Shown here one piece after another: positions 63,616-64,000 of a stretch of DNA of 64,000 nucleotides (position 1 is the first letter of the stretch; each line of letters opens with the position of its first letter). Both the position numbers and the translations under genes were made by a program. Source of the stretch: Schmidtea polychroa (taxonomy: Eukaryota); contig CM097885.1 in assembly GCA_044892525.1 (NCBI GenBank), forward strand, positions 11,844,001 to 11,908,000, written 5' to 3'. The notes beneath the pieces were generated by a model. It saw only the letters and a program-made list of their open reading frames with translations, was not told where the DNA came from and did not search any database.

Positions 63616-64000
63616 CACCCAAATCCGAAATTTAATAACCTCTATAATTCACGTTGGTGTGCACACCAGTTGAGGTGAGTCACCATTTACGTGAAAATGA
63701 AGTTATTAAATTTCATTTATTCAATTTATTAAAAATGGTTTTCAGGTAATTTTTTTAATTTCAAGTAACTTTTAAGACTTGAATTTTGATTTTATATAAT
63801 TATGAGATCATTATTCAAGTTCTTAAATATTACTGTTAGTCAGCATTTATAATATAACATTAATAATTAAATTTCAGGTGTTTATTAGGAATTATATGAT
63901 ATTTTATGCATTTATCTAGAATTATTTCGTTAAAATGTAAATTAGATATATTTTTAACTAAATAAATAAACTAATCACCGAATACATTTATTTTTATAAT

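Overview
This is a very AT-rich eukaryotic (animal-like) window with (AAT)n microsatellites and 38-50 nt spliceosomal introns. No intact host gene is recognisable; the species cannot be determined from the sequence. It holds three Polinton/Maverick-type elements. (1) <1-16919 is the right part of a near-complete Polinton virus: spliced pPolB, adenain-like protease, major and minor capsid, PW/PM-like proteins, integrase and packaging ATPase. Its accessory cassette carries a TATA-binding-protein-like gene, a spliced Bcl-2-like gene, a candidate overprinted myristoylated ORF and a secreted/GPI-type coiled-coil gene. (2) 24922-41265 is a 16.3-kb palindrome with a 6-bp TSD that encodes only two divergent intact spliced pPolB genes around a central module carrying terminus-like sequences. 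(3) 41874-50983 is a 9.1-kb non-coding element with ~3.2-kb TIRs and a 6-bp TSD that shares cis motifs with element 1. Also present are two hAT(m-like) transposons with intact ORFs inserted in (TA)n, several MITEs, Penelope GIY-YIG relics and an actin pseudogene fragment. All splice models are my manual inference, and all family calls come from motif recognition without database searches.
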